The position numbers were made by a program, and so were the translations under genes. 64,000 nt of DNA from Eledone cirrhosa (Eukaryota): the NCBI GenBank assembly GCA_964016885.1, contig OZ024742.1, positions 376,340,001 to 376,404,000 of the forward strand, given 5' to 3'. Numbering within the stretch: the first letter of the stretch is position 1; each line of letters opens with the position of its first letter. Shown in pieces: positions 43,487 to 59,000 of this stretch. The notes under the pieces are model-generated. The model saw only the letters and a program-made list of their open reading frames with translations. It was not told the origin of the DNA and made no database searches.

Positions 43487-46400
43487 ACAGTGAAAATACA
43501 ATAGTATAGAGTAATGTAAATGTTATGTGAGATAAAGCCTTTACAGTGAAAATACAATAGTATAGAGTAATGTAAATGCTATGTTAGATAAAGCCTTTAC
43601 AGTGAAAATACAATAGTATAGAGTAATGTAAATGTTATGTGAGATAAAGCCTTTACAGTGAAAATACAATAGTATAGAGTAATGTAAATGTTATGTGAGA
43701 TAAAGCCTTTACAGTGAAAATACAATAGTATAGAGTAATGTAAATGTTATGTGAGATAAAGCCTTTACAGTGAAAATACAGTAGTATAGAGTAATGTAAA
43801 TGTTATGTGAGATAAAGCCTTTACAGTGAAAATACAGTAGTATAGAGTAATGTAAATGTTATGTGAGATAAAGCCTTTACAGTGAAAATACAATAGTATA
43901 GAGTAATGTAAATGTTATGTGAGATAAAGCCTTTACAGTGAAAATACAATAGTATAGAGTAATGTAAATGCAATGTGAGATAAAGCCTTTACAGTGAAAA
44001 TACAATAGTATAGAGTAATGTAAATGTTATGTGAGATAAAGCCTTTACAGTGAAAATACAATAGTATAGAGTAATGTAAATGTTATGTGAGATAGAGCCT
44101 TTACAGTTAAAATACAATAGTATATAGTAAAGTAAATGCTACGTGAGATAAAGCCTTTACAGTGAAAATACAATAGTATAGAGTAATGTAAATGCTATGT
44201 GAGATAAAGCCTTTACAGTGAAAATACAATAGTATAGACTAATGTAAATGTTATGTGAGATAAAGCCTTTACAGTGAAAATACAAGAGTATAGATTAATG
44301 TAAATGTTATGTGAGATAAAGCATTTACAGTGAAAATACAATAGTATAGAGTAATGTAAACGTTATGTCAGATAAAGCCTTTACAGTGAAAATACAATAG
44401 TATAGAGTAATGTAAATGCTATGTGAGATAAAGCCTTTACAGTGAAAATACAATAGTATAGAGTAATGTAAATGTTATGTGAGATAAAGCCTTTACAGTG
44501 AAAATACAATAGTATAGAGTAATGTAAATGTTATGTGAGATAAAGCCTTTACAGTGAAAATACAATAGTATAGAGTAATGTAAATGCGATGTGAGATAAA
44601 GCCTTTACAGTGAAAATACAATAGTATAGAGTAATGTAAATGTTATGTGAGATAAAGCCTCTACAGTGAAAATACAATAGTATAGAGTAATGTAAATGCT
44701 ATGTGAGATAAAGCCTTTACAGTGAAAATACAATAGTATAGAGTAATGTAAATTTTATGTGAGATAAAGCCTTTACAGTGAAAATACAATAGTATAGAGT
44801 AATGTAAATGTTATGTGAGATAAAGCCTTTACAGTGAAAATACAATAGTATAGAGTAATGTAAATGCTATGTGAGGTAAACCCTTTACAGTGAAAATACA
44901 ATAGTATAGAGTAATGTAAATGCTATGTGAGATAAAGCCTTTACAGTGAAAATACAATAGTATAGAGTAATGTAAATGTTATGTGAGATGAAGCCTTTAC
45001 AGTGAAAATACAATAGTATAGAGCAATGTAAATGTTATGTGTAATATTATGTGAGATAAAGCCTTTTCAGTGAAAATACAATAGTATAGAGTAATGTAAA
45101 TGTTATGTGAGATAAAGCCTTTACAGTGAAAATACAATAGTATAGAGTAATGTAAATGTTATATGTAATATTATGTGAGATAAAGCACTTACAGTGAAAA
45201 TACAATAGTATAGAGTAATGTAAATGTTATGTGTAATATTATGTGAGATAAAGCCTTTACAGTGAAAATACAATAGTATAGAGTAATGTAAATGTTATGT
45301 GAGATAAAGCCTTTACAGTGAAAATACAATAGTATAGAGTAATGTAAATGCTATGTTAGATAAAGCCTTTACAGTGAAAATACAATAGTATAGAGTAATG
45401 TAAATGTTATGTGAGATAAAGCCTTTACAGTGAAAATACAATAGTATAGAGTAATGTAAATGTTATGTGAGATAAAGCCTTTACAGTGAAAATACAATAG
45501 TATAGAGTAATGTAAATGTTATGTGAGATAAAGCCTTTACAGTGAAAATACAGTAGTATAGAGTAATGTAAATGTTATGTGAGATAAAGCCTTTACAGTG
45601 AAAATACAGTAGTATAGAGTAATGTAAATGTTATGTGAGATAAAGCCTTTACAGTGAAAATACAATAGTATAGAGTAATGTAAATGTTATGTGAGATAAA
45701 GCCTTTACAGTGAAAATACAATAGTATAGAGTAATGTAAATGCAATGTGAGATAAAGCCTTTACAGTGAAAATACAATAGTATAGAGTAATGTAAATGTT
45801 ATGTGAGATAAAGCCTTTACAGTGAAAATACAATAGTATAGAGTAATGTAAATGTTATGTGAGATAGAGCCTTTACAGTTAAAATACAATAGTATATAGT
45901 AAAGTAAATGCTTCGTGAGATAAAGCCTTTACAGTGAAAATACAATAGTATAGAGTAATGTAAATGCTATGTGAGATAAAGCCTTTACAGTGAAAATACA
46001 ATAGTATAGACTAATGTAAATGTTATGTGAGATAAAGCCTTTACAGTGAAAATACAAGAGTATAGATTAATGTAAATGTTATGTGAGATAAAGCATTTAC
46101 AGTGAAAATACAATAGTATAGAGTAATGTAAACGTTATGTCAGATAAAGCCTTTACAGTGAAAATACAATAGTATAGAGTAATGTAAATGCTATGTGAGA
46201 TAAAGCCTTTACAGTGAAAATACAATAGTATAGAGTAATGTAAATGTTATGTGAGATAAAGCCTTTACAGTGAAAATACAATAGTATAGAGTAATGTAAA
46301 TGTTATGTGAGATAAAGCCTTTACAGTGAAAATACAATAGTATAGAGTAATGTAAATGCGATGTGAGATAAAGCCTTTACAGTGAAAATACAATAGTATA

Positions 46401-47067
46401 GAGTAATGTAAATGTTATGTGAGATAAAGCCTTTACAGTGAAAATACAATAGTATAGAGTAATGTAAATGCTATGTGAGATAAAGCCTTTACAGTGAAAA
46501 TACAATAGTATAGAGTAATGTAAATTTTATGTGAGATAAAGCCTTTACAGTGAAAATACAATAGTATAGAGTAATGTAAATGTTATGTGAGATAAAGCCT
46601 TTACAGTGAAAATACAATAGTATAGAGTAATGTAAATGCTATGTGAGGTAAACCCTTTACAGTGAAAATACAATAGTATAGAGTAATGTAAATGCTATGT
46701 GAGATAAAGCCTTTACAGTGAAAATACAATAGTATAGAGTAATGTAAATGTTATGTGAGATGAAGCCTTTACAGTGAAAATACAATAGTATAGAGCAATG
46801 TAAATGTTATGTGTAATATTATGTGAGATAAAGCCTTTTCAGTGAAAATACAATAGTATAGAGTAATGTAAATGTTATGTGAGATAAAGCCTTTACAGTG
46901 AAAATACAATAGTATAGAGTAATGTAAATGTTATATGTAATATTATGTGAGATAAAGCACTTACAGTGAAAATACAATAGTATAGAGTAATGTAAATGTT
47001 ATGTGTAATATTATGTGAGATAAAGCCTTTACAGTGAAAATACAATAGTATAGAGTAATGTAAATGT
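43487..47067 (+). repeat. Recent tandem duplication, 2 x 1772 bp (31 monomers: 28x56 + 3x68)
   Basis: GCTATGTTAG 43578/45350 and GTGAGGTAAACCC 44871/46643. GATAGAG, AGACTAAT, CAAGAG and AGCATTT are also shared in order. Two differences noticed (CCTCTAC near 44661, GCTTCG near 45913). Confidence 0.92.
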
Positions 47068-50000
47068 CATGTGAGATAAAGCCTTTACAGTGAAAATACA
47101 ATAGTATAGAGTAATATAAATGCTATGTGTAATATTATGTGAGATAAAGCCTTTACAGTGAAAATACAATAGTATAGAGTAATGTAAATGCTATGTGTAA
47201 TATTATGTGAGATAAAGCCTTTACAGTGAAAATACAATAGTATGGAGTAATGTAAATGTTATGTGAGATAAAGCCTTCACTGTGAAAATACAATAGTATA
47301 GAGTAATGTAAACGCTATGTGAGATAAAGCCTTTACAGTGAAAATACAATCGTATAGAATAATGTAAATGTTATGTGAGATAAAGCCTTTACAGTGAAAA
47401 TACAATAGTATAGAGTAATGTAAATGCTATGTGAGATAAAGCCTTTACAGTGAAAATACAGTAGTATAGAGTAATGTATATGTTATGTGAGATAAAGCCT
47501 TTACAGTGAAAATACGATAGTATAGAGTAATGTAAATGTTATGTGAGATAAAGCCTTTACAGTGAAAATACAATAGTATAGAGTAATGTAAATGCTATGT
47601 GAGATAAAGCCTTTACAGTGAAAATACAATAGTATAGAGTAATGTAAATGTTATGTGAGATGAAGCCATTACAGTGAAAATACAATAGTATAGAACAATG
47701 TAAATGTTATGTGTAATATTATGTGAGATAAAGCCTTTTCGGTGAAAATACAATAGTATAGAGTAATGTAAATGTTATGTGAGATAAAACCTTTACAGTG
47801 AAAATACAATAGTATAGAGTAATGTAAATGTTATGTGTAATATTTTGTGAGATAAAGCCTTTTCAGTGAAAATACAATAGTATAGAATAATGTAAATGTT
47901 ATGTGAGATAAAGCCTTTACAGTGAAAATACAATAGTATAGAGTAATGTAAATGTTATATGTAATATTATGTGAGATAAAGCCTTTACAGTGAAAATACA
48001 ATAGTATAGAGTAATGTAAATGTTATGTGTAATATTATGTGAGATAAAGCCTTTACAGTGAAAATACAATAGTATAGAGTAATGTAAATGTCATGTGAGA
48101 TAAAGCCTTTACGGTGAAAATACAATAGTATAGAGTAATATAAATGCTATGTGTAATATTATGTGAGATAAAGCCTTTACAGTGAAAATACAATAGTATA
48201 GAGTAATGTAAATGCTATGTGTAATATTATGTGAGATAAAGCCTTTACAGTGAAAATACAATAGTATGGAGTAATGTAAATGTTATGTGAGATAAAGCCT
48301 TCACTGTGAAAATACAATAGTATAGAGTAATGTAAACGCTATGTGAGATAAAGCCTTTACAGTGAAAATACAATAGTATAGAGTAATGTAAATGTTATCT
48401 AAGATAAAGCCTTTACAGTGAAAATACAGTAGTATACAGTAATGTAAATGTTTTGTGAGATAAAGCCTTTACAGTGAAAATACAGTAGTATAGAGTAATG
48501 TAAATGTTATGTGAGATAAAGCCTTTACATTGAAAATACAATAGTATAGAGTAATGTAAATGTTATGTGAGATAAAGCCTTTACAGTTAAAATACAATAG
48601 TATAGAGTAAAGTAAATGCTACGTGAGATAAAGCCTTTACAGTGAAAATACAATAGTATAGAGTAATGTAAATGCTATGTGAGATAAAGCCTTTACAGTG
48701 AAAATACAATAGTATAGAGTAATGTAAATGTTATGTGAGATAAAGCCTTTACAGTGAAAATACAATAGTATAGAGTAATGTAAATGTTATGTGAGATAAA
48801 GCCTTTACAGTGAAAATACAATAGTATAGAGTAATGTAAACGTTATGTCAGATAAAGCCTTTACAGTGAAAATACAATAGTATAGAGTAATGTAAATGCT
48901 ATGTGAGATAAAGCCTTTACAGTGAAAATACAATAGTATAGAGTAATGTAAATGTTATGTGAGACAAAGCCTTTACAGTGAAAATACAATAGTATAGAGT
49001 AATGTAAATGTTATGTGAGATAAAGCCTTTACAGTGAAAATACAATAGTATAGAATAATGTAAATGCTATGTGAGATAAAGCCTTTACAGTGAAAATACA
49101 ATAGTATAGAGTAATGTAAATGTTATGTGAGATAAAGCCTTTACAGTGAAAATACAATAGTATAGAGTAATGTAAATGCTATGTGAGATAAAGCCTTTAC
49201 AGTGAAAATACAATAGTATAGAGTAATGTAAATGTTATGTGAGATAAAGCCTTTACAGTGAAAATACAATTGTATAGAGTAATGTAAATGCTATGTGAGA
49301 TAAAGCCTTTACAGCGAAAATACAATAGTATAGAGTAATGTAAATGCTATGTGAGATAAAGCCTTTACAGTGAAAATACAATAGTATAGAGTAATGTTAA
49401 TGTTATGTGAGATGAAGCCTTTACAGTGAAAATACAATAGTATAGAGCAATGTAAATGTTATGTGTAATATTATGTGAGATAAAGCCTTTTCGGTGAAAA
49501 TACAATAGTATAGAGTAATGTAAATGTTATGTGAGATAAAACCTTTACAGTGAAAATACAATAGCATATGTAAATGTTATGTGTAATATTATGTGAGATA
49601 AAGCCTTTTCAGTGAAAATACAATAGTATAGAATAATGTAAATGTTATGTGAGATAAAGCCTTTACAGTGAAAATACAATAGTATAGAGTAATGTAAATT
49701 TTATGTGTAATATTATGTGAGATAAAGCCTTTACAGTGAAAATACAATAGTATAGAGTAATGTAAATGTCATGTGAGATAAAGCCTTTACAGTGAAAATA
49801 CAATAGTATAGAGTAATATAAATGCTATGTGTAATATTATGTGAGATAAAGCCTTTACAGTGAAAATACAATAGTATAGAGTAATGTAAATGCTATGTGT
49901 AATATTATGTGAGATAAAGCCTTTACAGTGAAAATACAATAGTATGGAGTAATGTAAATGTTATGTGAGATAAAGCCTTCACTGTGAAAATACAATAGTA

Positions 50001-53000
50001 TAGAGTAATGTAAACGCTATGTGAGATAAAGCCTTTACAGTGAAAATACAATCGTATAGAATAATGTAAATGTTACGTGAAATAAAGCCTTTAGAGTGAA
50101 AATACAATAGTATAGAGTAATGTAAATGCTATGTGAGATAAAGCCTTAACAGTGAAAATACAGTAGTATAGAGTAATGTAAATGTTATGTGAGATAAAGC
50201 CTTTACAGTTAAAATACAATAGTATAGAGTAAAGTAAATGCTACGTGAGATAAAGCCTTTACAGTGAAAATACAATAGTATAGAGTAATGTAAACGTTAT
50301 GTCAGATAAAGCCTTTACAGTGAAAATACAATAGTATAGAGTAGTGTAAATGCTATGTGAGATAAAGCCTTTACAGTGAAAATACAATAGTATAGAGTAA
50401 TGTAAATGTTATGTGAGACAAAGCCTTTACAGTGAAAATACAATAGTATAGAGTAATGTAAATGTTATGTGAGATAAAGCCTTTACAGTGAAAATACAAT
50501 AGTATAGAATAATGTAAATGCTATGTGAGATAAAGCCTTTACAGTGAAAATACAATAGTATAGAGTAATGTAAATGTTATGTGAGATAAAGCCTTTACAG
50601 TGAAAATACAATTGTATAGAGTAATGTAAATGCTATGTGAGATAAAGCCTTTACAGTGAAAATACAATAGTATAGAGTAATGTAAATGCTATGTGAGATA
50701 AAGCCTTTACAGTGAAAATACAATAGTATAGAGTAATGTTAATGTTATGTGAGATAAAGCCTTTTCGGTGAAAATACAATAGTATAGAGTAATGTAAATG
50801 TTATGTGAGATAAAACCTTTACAGTGAAAATACAATAGTATAGAGCAATGTAAATGTTATGTGTAATATTATGTGAGATAAAGCCTTTTCAGTGAAAATA
50901 CAATAGTATAGAGTAATGTAAATGTTATGTGAGATAAAGCCTTTACAGTGAAAATACAATAGTATAGAGTAATGTAAATGTTATATGTAATATTATGTGA
51001 GATAAAGCCTTTACAGTGAAAATACAATAGTATAGAGTAATGTAAATGTTATGTGTAATATTATGTGAGATAAAGCCTTTACAGTGAAAATACAATAGTA
51101 TAGAGTAATGTAAATGCTATGTGTAATATTATGTGAGATAAAGCCTCTACAGTGAAAATACAATAGTATAGAGTAATGTAAATGCTATGTGTAATATTAT
51201 GTGAGATAAAGCCTTTACAGTGAAAATACAATAGTATGGAGTAATGTAAATGTTATGTGAGATAAAGCCTTCACTGTGAAAATACAATAGTATAGAGTAA
51301 TGTAAACGCTATGTGAGATAAAGCCTTTACAGTGAAAATACAATCGTATAGAATAATGTAAATGCTATGTGAGATAAAGCCTTTACAGTGAAAATACAGT
51401 AGTATAGAGTAATGTATATGTTATGTGAGATAAAGCCTTTACAGTGAAAATACGATAGTATAGAGTAATGTAAATGTTATGTGAGATAAAGCCTTTACAG
51501 TGAAAATACAATAGTATAGAGTAATGTAAACGTTATGTCAGATAAAGCTTTTACAGTGAAAATACAATAGTATAGAGTAATGTAAATGCTATGTGAGATA
51601 AAGCCTTTACAGTGAAAATACAATAGTATAGAGTAATGTAAATGTTATGTGAGATAAAGCCTTTACAGTGAAAATACAATAGTATAGAGTAATGTAAATG
51701 CTATGTTAGATAAAGCCTTTACAGTGAAAATACAATAGTATAGAGTAATGTAAATGTTATGTGAGATAAAGCCTTTACAGTGAAAATACAATAGTATAGA
51801 GTAATGTAAATGTTATGTGAGATAAAGCCTTTACAGTGAAAATACAATAGTATAGAGTAATGTAAATGTTATGTGAGATAAAGCCTTTACAGTGAAAATA
51901 CAATAGTATAGAGTAATGTACATGTTTTGTGAGGTAAAGCCTTTACAGTGAAAATACAATAGTATAGAGTAATGTAAATGTTATGTGAGATAAAGCCTTT
52001 ACAGTGAAAATACAGTAGTATAAAGTAATGTAAATGTTATGTGAGATAAAGCCTTTACAGTGAAAATACAGTAGTATAGAGTAATGTAAATGTTATGTGA
52101 GATAAAGCCTTTACATTGATAATACAATAGTATAGAGTAATGTAAATGTTATGTGAGATAAAGCCTTTACAGTGAAAATACAATAGTATAGAGTAATGTA
52201 AATGCAATGTGAGATAAAGCCTTTACAGTGAAAATACAATAGTATAGAGTAATGTAAATGCAATGTGAGATAAAGCCTTTACAGTGAAAATACAATAGTA
52301 TAGAGTAATGTAAATGTTATGTGAGATAAAGCCTTTACAGTGAAAATACAATAGTATAGAGTAATGTAAATGTTATGTGAGATAAAGCCTTTACAGTTAA
52401 AATACAATAGTATATAGTAAAGTAAATGCTACGTGAGATAAAGCCTTTACAGTGAAAATACAATAGTATAGAGTAATGTAAATGCGATGTGAGATAAAGC
52501 CTTTACAGTGAAAATACAATAGTATAGAGTAATGTAAATGTTATGTGAGATAAAGCATTTACAGTGAAAATACAATAGTATAGAGTAATGTAAATGCTAT
52601 GTGAGATAAAGCCTTTACAGTGAAAATACAATAGTATAGAGTAATGTAAATTTTATGTGAGATAAAGCCTTTACAGTGAAAATACAATAGTATAGAGTAA
52701 TGTAAATGTTATGTGAGATAAAGCCTTTACAGTGAAAATACAATAGTATAGAGTAATGTAAATGCTATGTGAGGTAAAGCCTTTACAGTGAAAATACAAT
52801 AGTATAGAGTAATGTAAATGCTATGTGAGATAAAGCCTTTACAGTGAAAATACAATAGTATAGAGTAATGTAAATGTTATGTGAGATGAAGCCTTTACAG
52901 TGAAAATACAATAGTATAGAGCAATGTAAATGTTATGTGTAATATTATGTGAGATAAAGCCTTTTCAGTGAAAATACAATAGTATAGAGTAATGTAAATG

Positions 53001-56000
53001 TTATGTGAGATAAAGCCTTTACAGTGAAAATACAATAGTATAGAGTAATGTAAATGTTATATGTAATATTATGTGAGATAAAGCACTTACAGTGAAAATA
53101 CAATAGTATAGAGTAATGTAAATGTTATGTGTAATATTATGTGAGATAAAGCCTTTACAGTGAAAATACAATAGTATAGAGTAATGTAAATGTCATGTGA
53201 GATAAAGCCTTTACAGTGAAAATACAATAGTATGGAGTAATGTAAATGTTATGTGAGATAAAGCCTTCACTGTGAAAATACAATAGTATAGAGTAATGTA
53301 AACGCTATGTGAGATAAAGCCTTTACAGTGAAAATACAATCGTATAGAATAATGTAAATGTTATGTGAGATAAAGCCTTTACAGTGAAAATACAATAGTA
53401 TAGAGTAATGTAAATGCTATGTGAGATAAAGCCTTTACAGTGAAAATACAGTAGTATAGAGTAATGTATATGTTATGTGAGATAAAGCCTTTACAGTGAA
53501 AATACGATAGTATAGAGTAATGTAAATGTTATGTGAGATAAAGCCTTTACAGTGAAAATACAATAGTATAGAGTAATGTAAATGCTATGTGAGATAAAGC
53601 CTTTACAGTGAAAATACAATAGTATAGAATAATGTAAATGTTATGTGAGATGAAGCCTTTACAGTGAAAATACAATAGTATAGAGCAATGTAAATGTTAT
53701 GTGTAATATTATGTGAGATAAAGCCTTTTCGGTGAAAATACAATAGTATAGAGTAATGTAAATGTTATGTGAGATAAAACCTTTACAGTGAAAATACAAT
53801 AGTATAGAGTAATGTAAATGTTATGTGAGATAAAGCCTTTACAGTGAAAATACAATAGTATAGAGTAATGTAAATGCTATGTGAGATAACGCCTTTACAG
53901 TGAAAATACAATAGTATAGAGTAATGTAAATGCTATGTGAGATAAAGCTTTACAGTGAAAATACAATAGTATAGAGTAATGTAAATGTTATGTGAGATTA
54001 AGCCTTTACAGTGAAAATACAATAGTATAGAGCAATGTAAATGTTATGTGTAATATTATGTGAGATAAAGCCTTTTCAGTGAAAATACAATAGTATAGAG
54101 TAATGTAAATGTTATGTGAGATAAAACCTTTACGGTGAAAATACAATAGTATAGAGTAATGTAAATGTTATGTGTAATATTTTGTGAGATAAAGCCTTTT
54201 CAGTGAAAATACAATAGTATAGAGTAATGTAAATGTTATGTGAGATAAAGCCTTTACAGTGAAAATACAATAGTATAGAGTAATGTAAATGTTATATGTA
54301 ATATTATGTGAGATAAAGCCTTTACAGTGAAAATACAATAGTATAGAGTAATGTAAATGTTATGTGTAATATTATGTGAGATAAAGCCTTTACAGTGAAA
54401 ATACAATAGTATAGAGTAATGTAAATGCTATGTGTAATATTATGTGAGATAAAGCCTTTACAGTGAAAATACAATAGTATGGAGTAATGTAAATGTTATG
54501 TGAGATAAAGCCTTCACTGTGAAAATACAATAGTATAGAGTAATGTAAACGCTATGTGTGATAAAGCCTTTACAGTGAAAATACAATCGTATAGAATAAT
54601 GTAAATGCTATGTGAGATAAAGCCTTTACAGTGAAAATACAGTAGTATAGAGTAATGTATATGTTATGTGAGATAAAGCCTTTACAGTGAAAATACGATA
54701 GTATAGAGTAATGTAAATGTTATGTGAGATAAAGCCTTCACAGTGAAAATACAATAGTATAGAGTAATGTAAATGTTATGTGAGATAAAGCCTTTACAGT
54801 GAAAATACAATAGTATAGAGTAATGTAAATGCTATGTTAGATAAAGCCTTTACAGTGAAAATACAATAGTATAGAGTAATGTAAATGTTATGTGAGATAA
54901 AGCCTTTACAGTGAAAATACAATAGTATAGAGTAATGTAAATGTTATGTGAGATAAAGCCTTTACAGTGAAAATACAATAGTATAGAGTAATGTAAATTT
55001 ATGTGAGATAAAGCCTTTACAGTGAAAATACAATAGTATAGAGTAATGTACATGTTTTGTGAGGTAAAGCCTTTACAGTGAAAATACAATAGTATAGAGT
55101 AATGTAAATGTTATGTGAGATAAAGCCTTTACAGTGAAAATACAGTAGTATAGAGTAATGTAAATGTTATGTGAGATAAAGCCTTTACAGTGAAAATACA
55201 GTAGTATAGAGTAATGTAAATGTTATGTGAGATAAAGCCTTTACAGTGAAAATACAATAGTATAGAGTAATGTAAATGTTATGTGAGATAAAGCCTTTAC
55301 AGTGAAAATACAATAGTATAGAGTAATGTAAATGCAATGTGAGATAAAGCCTTTACAGTGAAAATACAATAGTATAGAGTAATGTAAATGTTATGTGAGA
55401 TAAAACCTTTACAGTGAAAATACAATAGTATAGAATAATGTAAATGTTATGTGAGATAAAGCCTTTACAGTTAAAATACAATAGTATATAGTAAAGTAAA
55501 TGCTACGTGAGATAAAGCCTTTACAGTGAAAATACAATAGTATAGAGTAATGTAAATGCTATGTGAGATAAAGCCTTTACAGTGAAAATACAATAGTATA
55601 GAGTAATGTAAATGTTATGTGAGATAAAGCCTTTACAGTGAAAATACAAGAGTATAGAGTAATGTAAATGTTATGTGAGATAAAGCATTTACAGTGAAAA
55701 TACAATAGTATAGAGTAATGTAAACGTTATGTCAGATAAAGCCTTTACAGTGAAAATACAATAGTATAGAGTAATGTAAATGCTATGTGAGATAAAGCCT
55801 TTACAGTGAAAATACAATAGTATAGAGTAATATAAATGTTATGTGAGATAAAACCTTTACAGTGAAAATACAATAGTATAGAGTAATGTAAATGTTATGT
55901 GAGATAAAGCCTTTACAGTGAAAATACAATAGTATAGAGTAATGTAAATGCGATGTGAGATAAAGCCTTTACAGTGAAAATACAATAGTATAGAGTAATG

Positions 56001-59000
56001 TAAATGTTATGTGAGATAAAGCCTTTACAGTGAAAATACAATAGTATGGAGTAATGTAAATGTTATGTGAGATAAAGCCTTCACTGTGAAAATACAATAG
56101 TATAGAGTAATGTAAATGTTATCTGAGATAAAGCCTTTACAGTGAAAATACAGTAGTATAGAGTAATGTAAATGTTATGTGAGATAAAGCCTTTACAGTG
56201 AAAATACAGTAGTATAGAGTAATGTAAATGTTATGTGAGATAAAGCCTTTACAGTGAAAATACAATAGTATAGAGTAATGTAAATGTTATGTGAGATAAA
56301 GCCTTTACAGTTAAAATACAATAGTATAGAGTAAAGTAAATGCTATGTGAGATAAGGCCTTTACAGTGAAAATACAATAGTATAGAGTAATGTAAATGCT
56401 ACGTGAGATAAAGCCTTTACAGTGAAAATACAATAGTATAGAGTAAAGTAATTGCTACGTGAGATAAAGCCTTTACAGTGAAAATACAATAGTATAGAGT
56501 AATGTAAATGCTATGTGAGATAAAGCCTTTACAGTGAAAATACAATAGTATAGAGTAATGTAAATGTTATGTGAGATAAAGCCTTTACAGTGAAAATACA
56601 ATAGTATAGAGTAATGTAAATGTTATGTGAGATAAAGCCTTTACAGTGAAAATACAATAGTATAGAGTAATGTAAATGTTATGTGAGATAAAGCCTTTAC
56701 AGTGAAAATACAGTAGTATAGAGTAATGTAAATGTTATGTGAGATAAAGCCTTTACAGTGAAAATACAATTGTATAGAGTAATGTAAATGTTATGTGAGA
56801 TAAAGCCTTTACAGTGAAAATACAATAGTATAGAGTAATGTAAATGCTATGTGAGATAAAGCCTTTACAGTGAAAATACAATAGTATAGAATAATGTAAA
56901 TGTTATGTGAGATAAAGCCTTTACAGTTAAAATACAATAGTATAGAGTAAAGTAATTGCTACGTGAGATAAAGCCTTTACAGTGAAAATACAATAGTATA
57001 GAGTAATGTAAATGCTATGTGAGATAAAGCCTTTACAGTGAAAATACAATAGTATAGAGTAATGTAAATGTTATGTGAGATAAAGCCTTTACAGTGAAAA
57101 TACAATAGTATAGAGTAATGTAAATGTTATGTGAGATTAAGCCTTTACAGTGAAAATACAATAGTAAAGAGCAATGTAAATGTTATGTGTAATATTATGT
57201 GAGATAAAGCCTTTTCAGTGAAAATACAATAGTATAGAGTAATGTAAATGTTATGTGAGATAAAACCTTTACGGTGAAAATACAATAGTATAGAGTAATG
57301 TAAATGTTATGTGTAATATTTTGTGGGATAAATCCTTTTCAGTGAAAATACAATAGTATAGAGTAATGTAAATGTTATGTGAGATAAAGCCTTTACAGTG
57401 AAAATACAATAGTATAGAGTAATGTAAATGTTATATGTAATATTATGTGAGATAAAGCCTTTAAAGTGAAAATACAATAGTATAGAGTAATGTAAATGTT
57501 ATGTGTAATATTATGTGAGATAAAGCCTTTACAGTGAAAATACAATAGTATAGAGTAATGTAAATGCTATGTGTAATATTATGTGAGATAAAGCCTCTAC
57601 AGTGAAAATACAATAGTATAGAGTAATGTAAATGCTATGTGTAATATTATGTGAGATAAAGCCTTTACAGTGAAAATACAATAGTATGGAGTAATGTAAA
57701 TGTTATGTGAGATAAAGCCTTCACTGTGAAAATACAATAGTATAGAGTAATGTAAACGCTATGTGAGATAAAGCCTTTACAGTGAAAATACAATCGTATA
57801 GAATAATGTAAATGTTATGTGAGATAAAGCCTTTACAGTGAAAATACAATAGTATAGAGTAATGTAAATGCTATGTGAGATAAAGCCTTTACAGTGAAAA
57901 TACAGTAGTATAGAGTAATGTATATGTTATGTGAGATAAAGCCTTTACAGTGAAAATACAATAGTATAGAGTAATGTAAATGTTATGTGAGATAAAGCCT
58001 TTACAGTGAAAATACAATAGTATAGAGTAATGTAAATGTTATGTGAGATAAAGCCTTTACAGTGAAAATACAATAGTATAGAGTAATGTAAGTGTTACGT
58101 GAGATAAAGCCTTTACAGTGAAAATACAATAGTATAGAGTAATGTAAATGCTATGTGAGATAAAGCCTTTACAGTGAAAATACAATAGTATAGAGTAATG
58201 TAAATGTTATGTGAGATAAAGCCTTTACAGTGAAAATACAATAGTATAGAGTAATGTAAATGCTATGTGAGATAAAGCCTTTACAGTGAAAATACAATAG
58301 TATAGAGTAATGTAAATGCTATGTGAGATAAAGCCTTTACAGTGAAAATACAATAGTATAGAGTAATGTAAATGTTATGTGAGATTAAGCCTTTACAGTG
58401 AAAATACAATAGTATAGAGCAATGTAAATGTTATGTGTAATATTATGTGAGATAAAGCCTTTTCAGTGAAAATACAATAGTATAGAGTAATGTAAATGTT
58501 ATGTGAGATAAAACCTTTACGGTGAAAATACAATAGTATAGAGTAATGTAAATGTTATATGTAATATTATGTGAGATAAAGCCTTTACAGTGAAAATACA
58601 ATAGTATAGAGTCATGTAAATGTTATGTGTAATATTATGTGAGATAAAGCCTTTACAGTGAAAATACAATAGTATAGAGTAATGTAAATGCTATGTGTAA
58701 TATTATGTGAGATAAAGCCTCTACAGTGAAAATACAATAGTATAGAGTAATGTAAATGCTATGTGTAATATTAACTGAGATAAAGCCTTTACAGTGAAAA
58801 TACAATAGTATGGAGTAATGTAAATGTTATGTGAGATAAAGCCTTCACTGTGAAAATACAATAGTATAGAGTAATGTAAACGCTATGTGAGATAAAGCCT
58901 TTACAGTGAAAATACAATCGTATAGAATAATGTAAATGTTACGTGAGATAAAGCCTTTACAGTGAAAATACAATAGTATAGAGTAATGTAAATGCTATGT

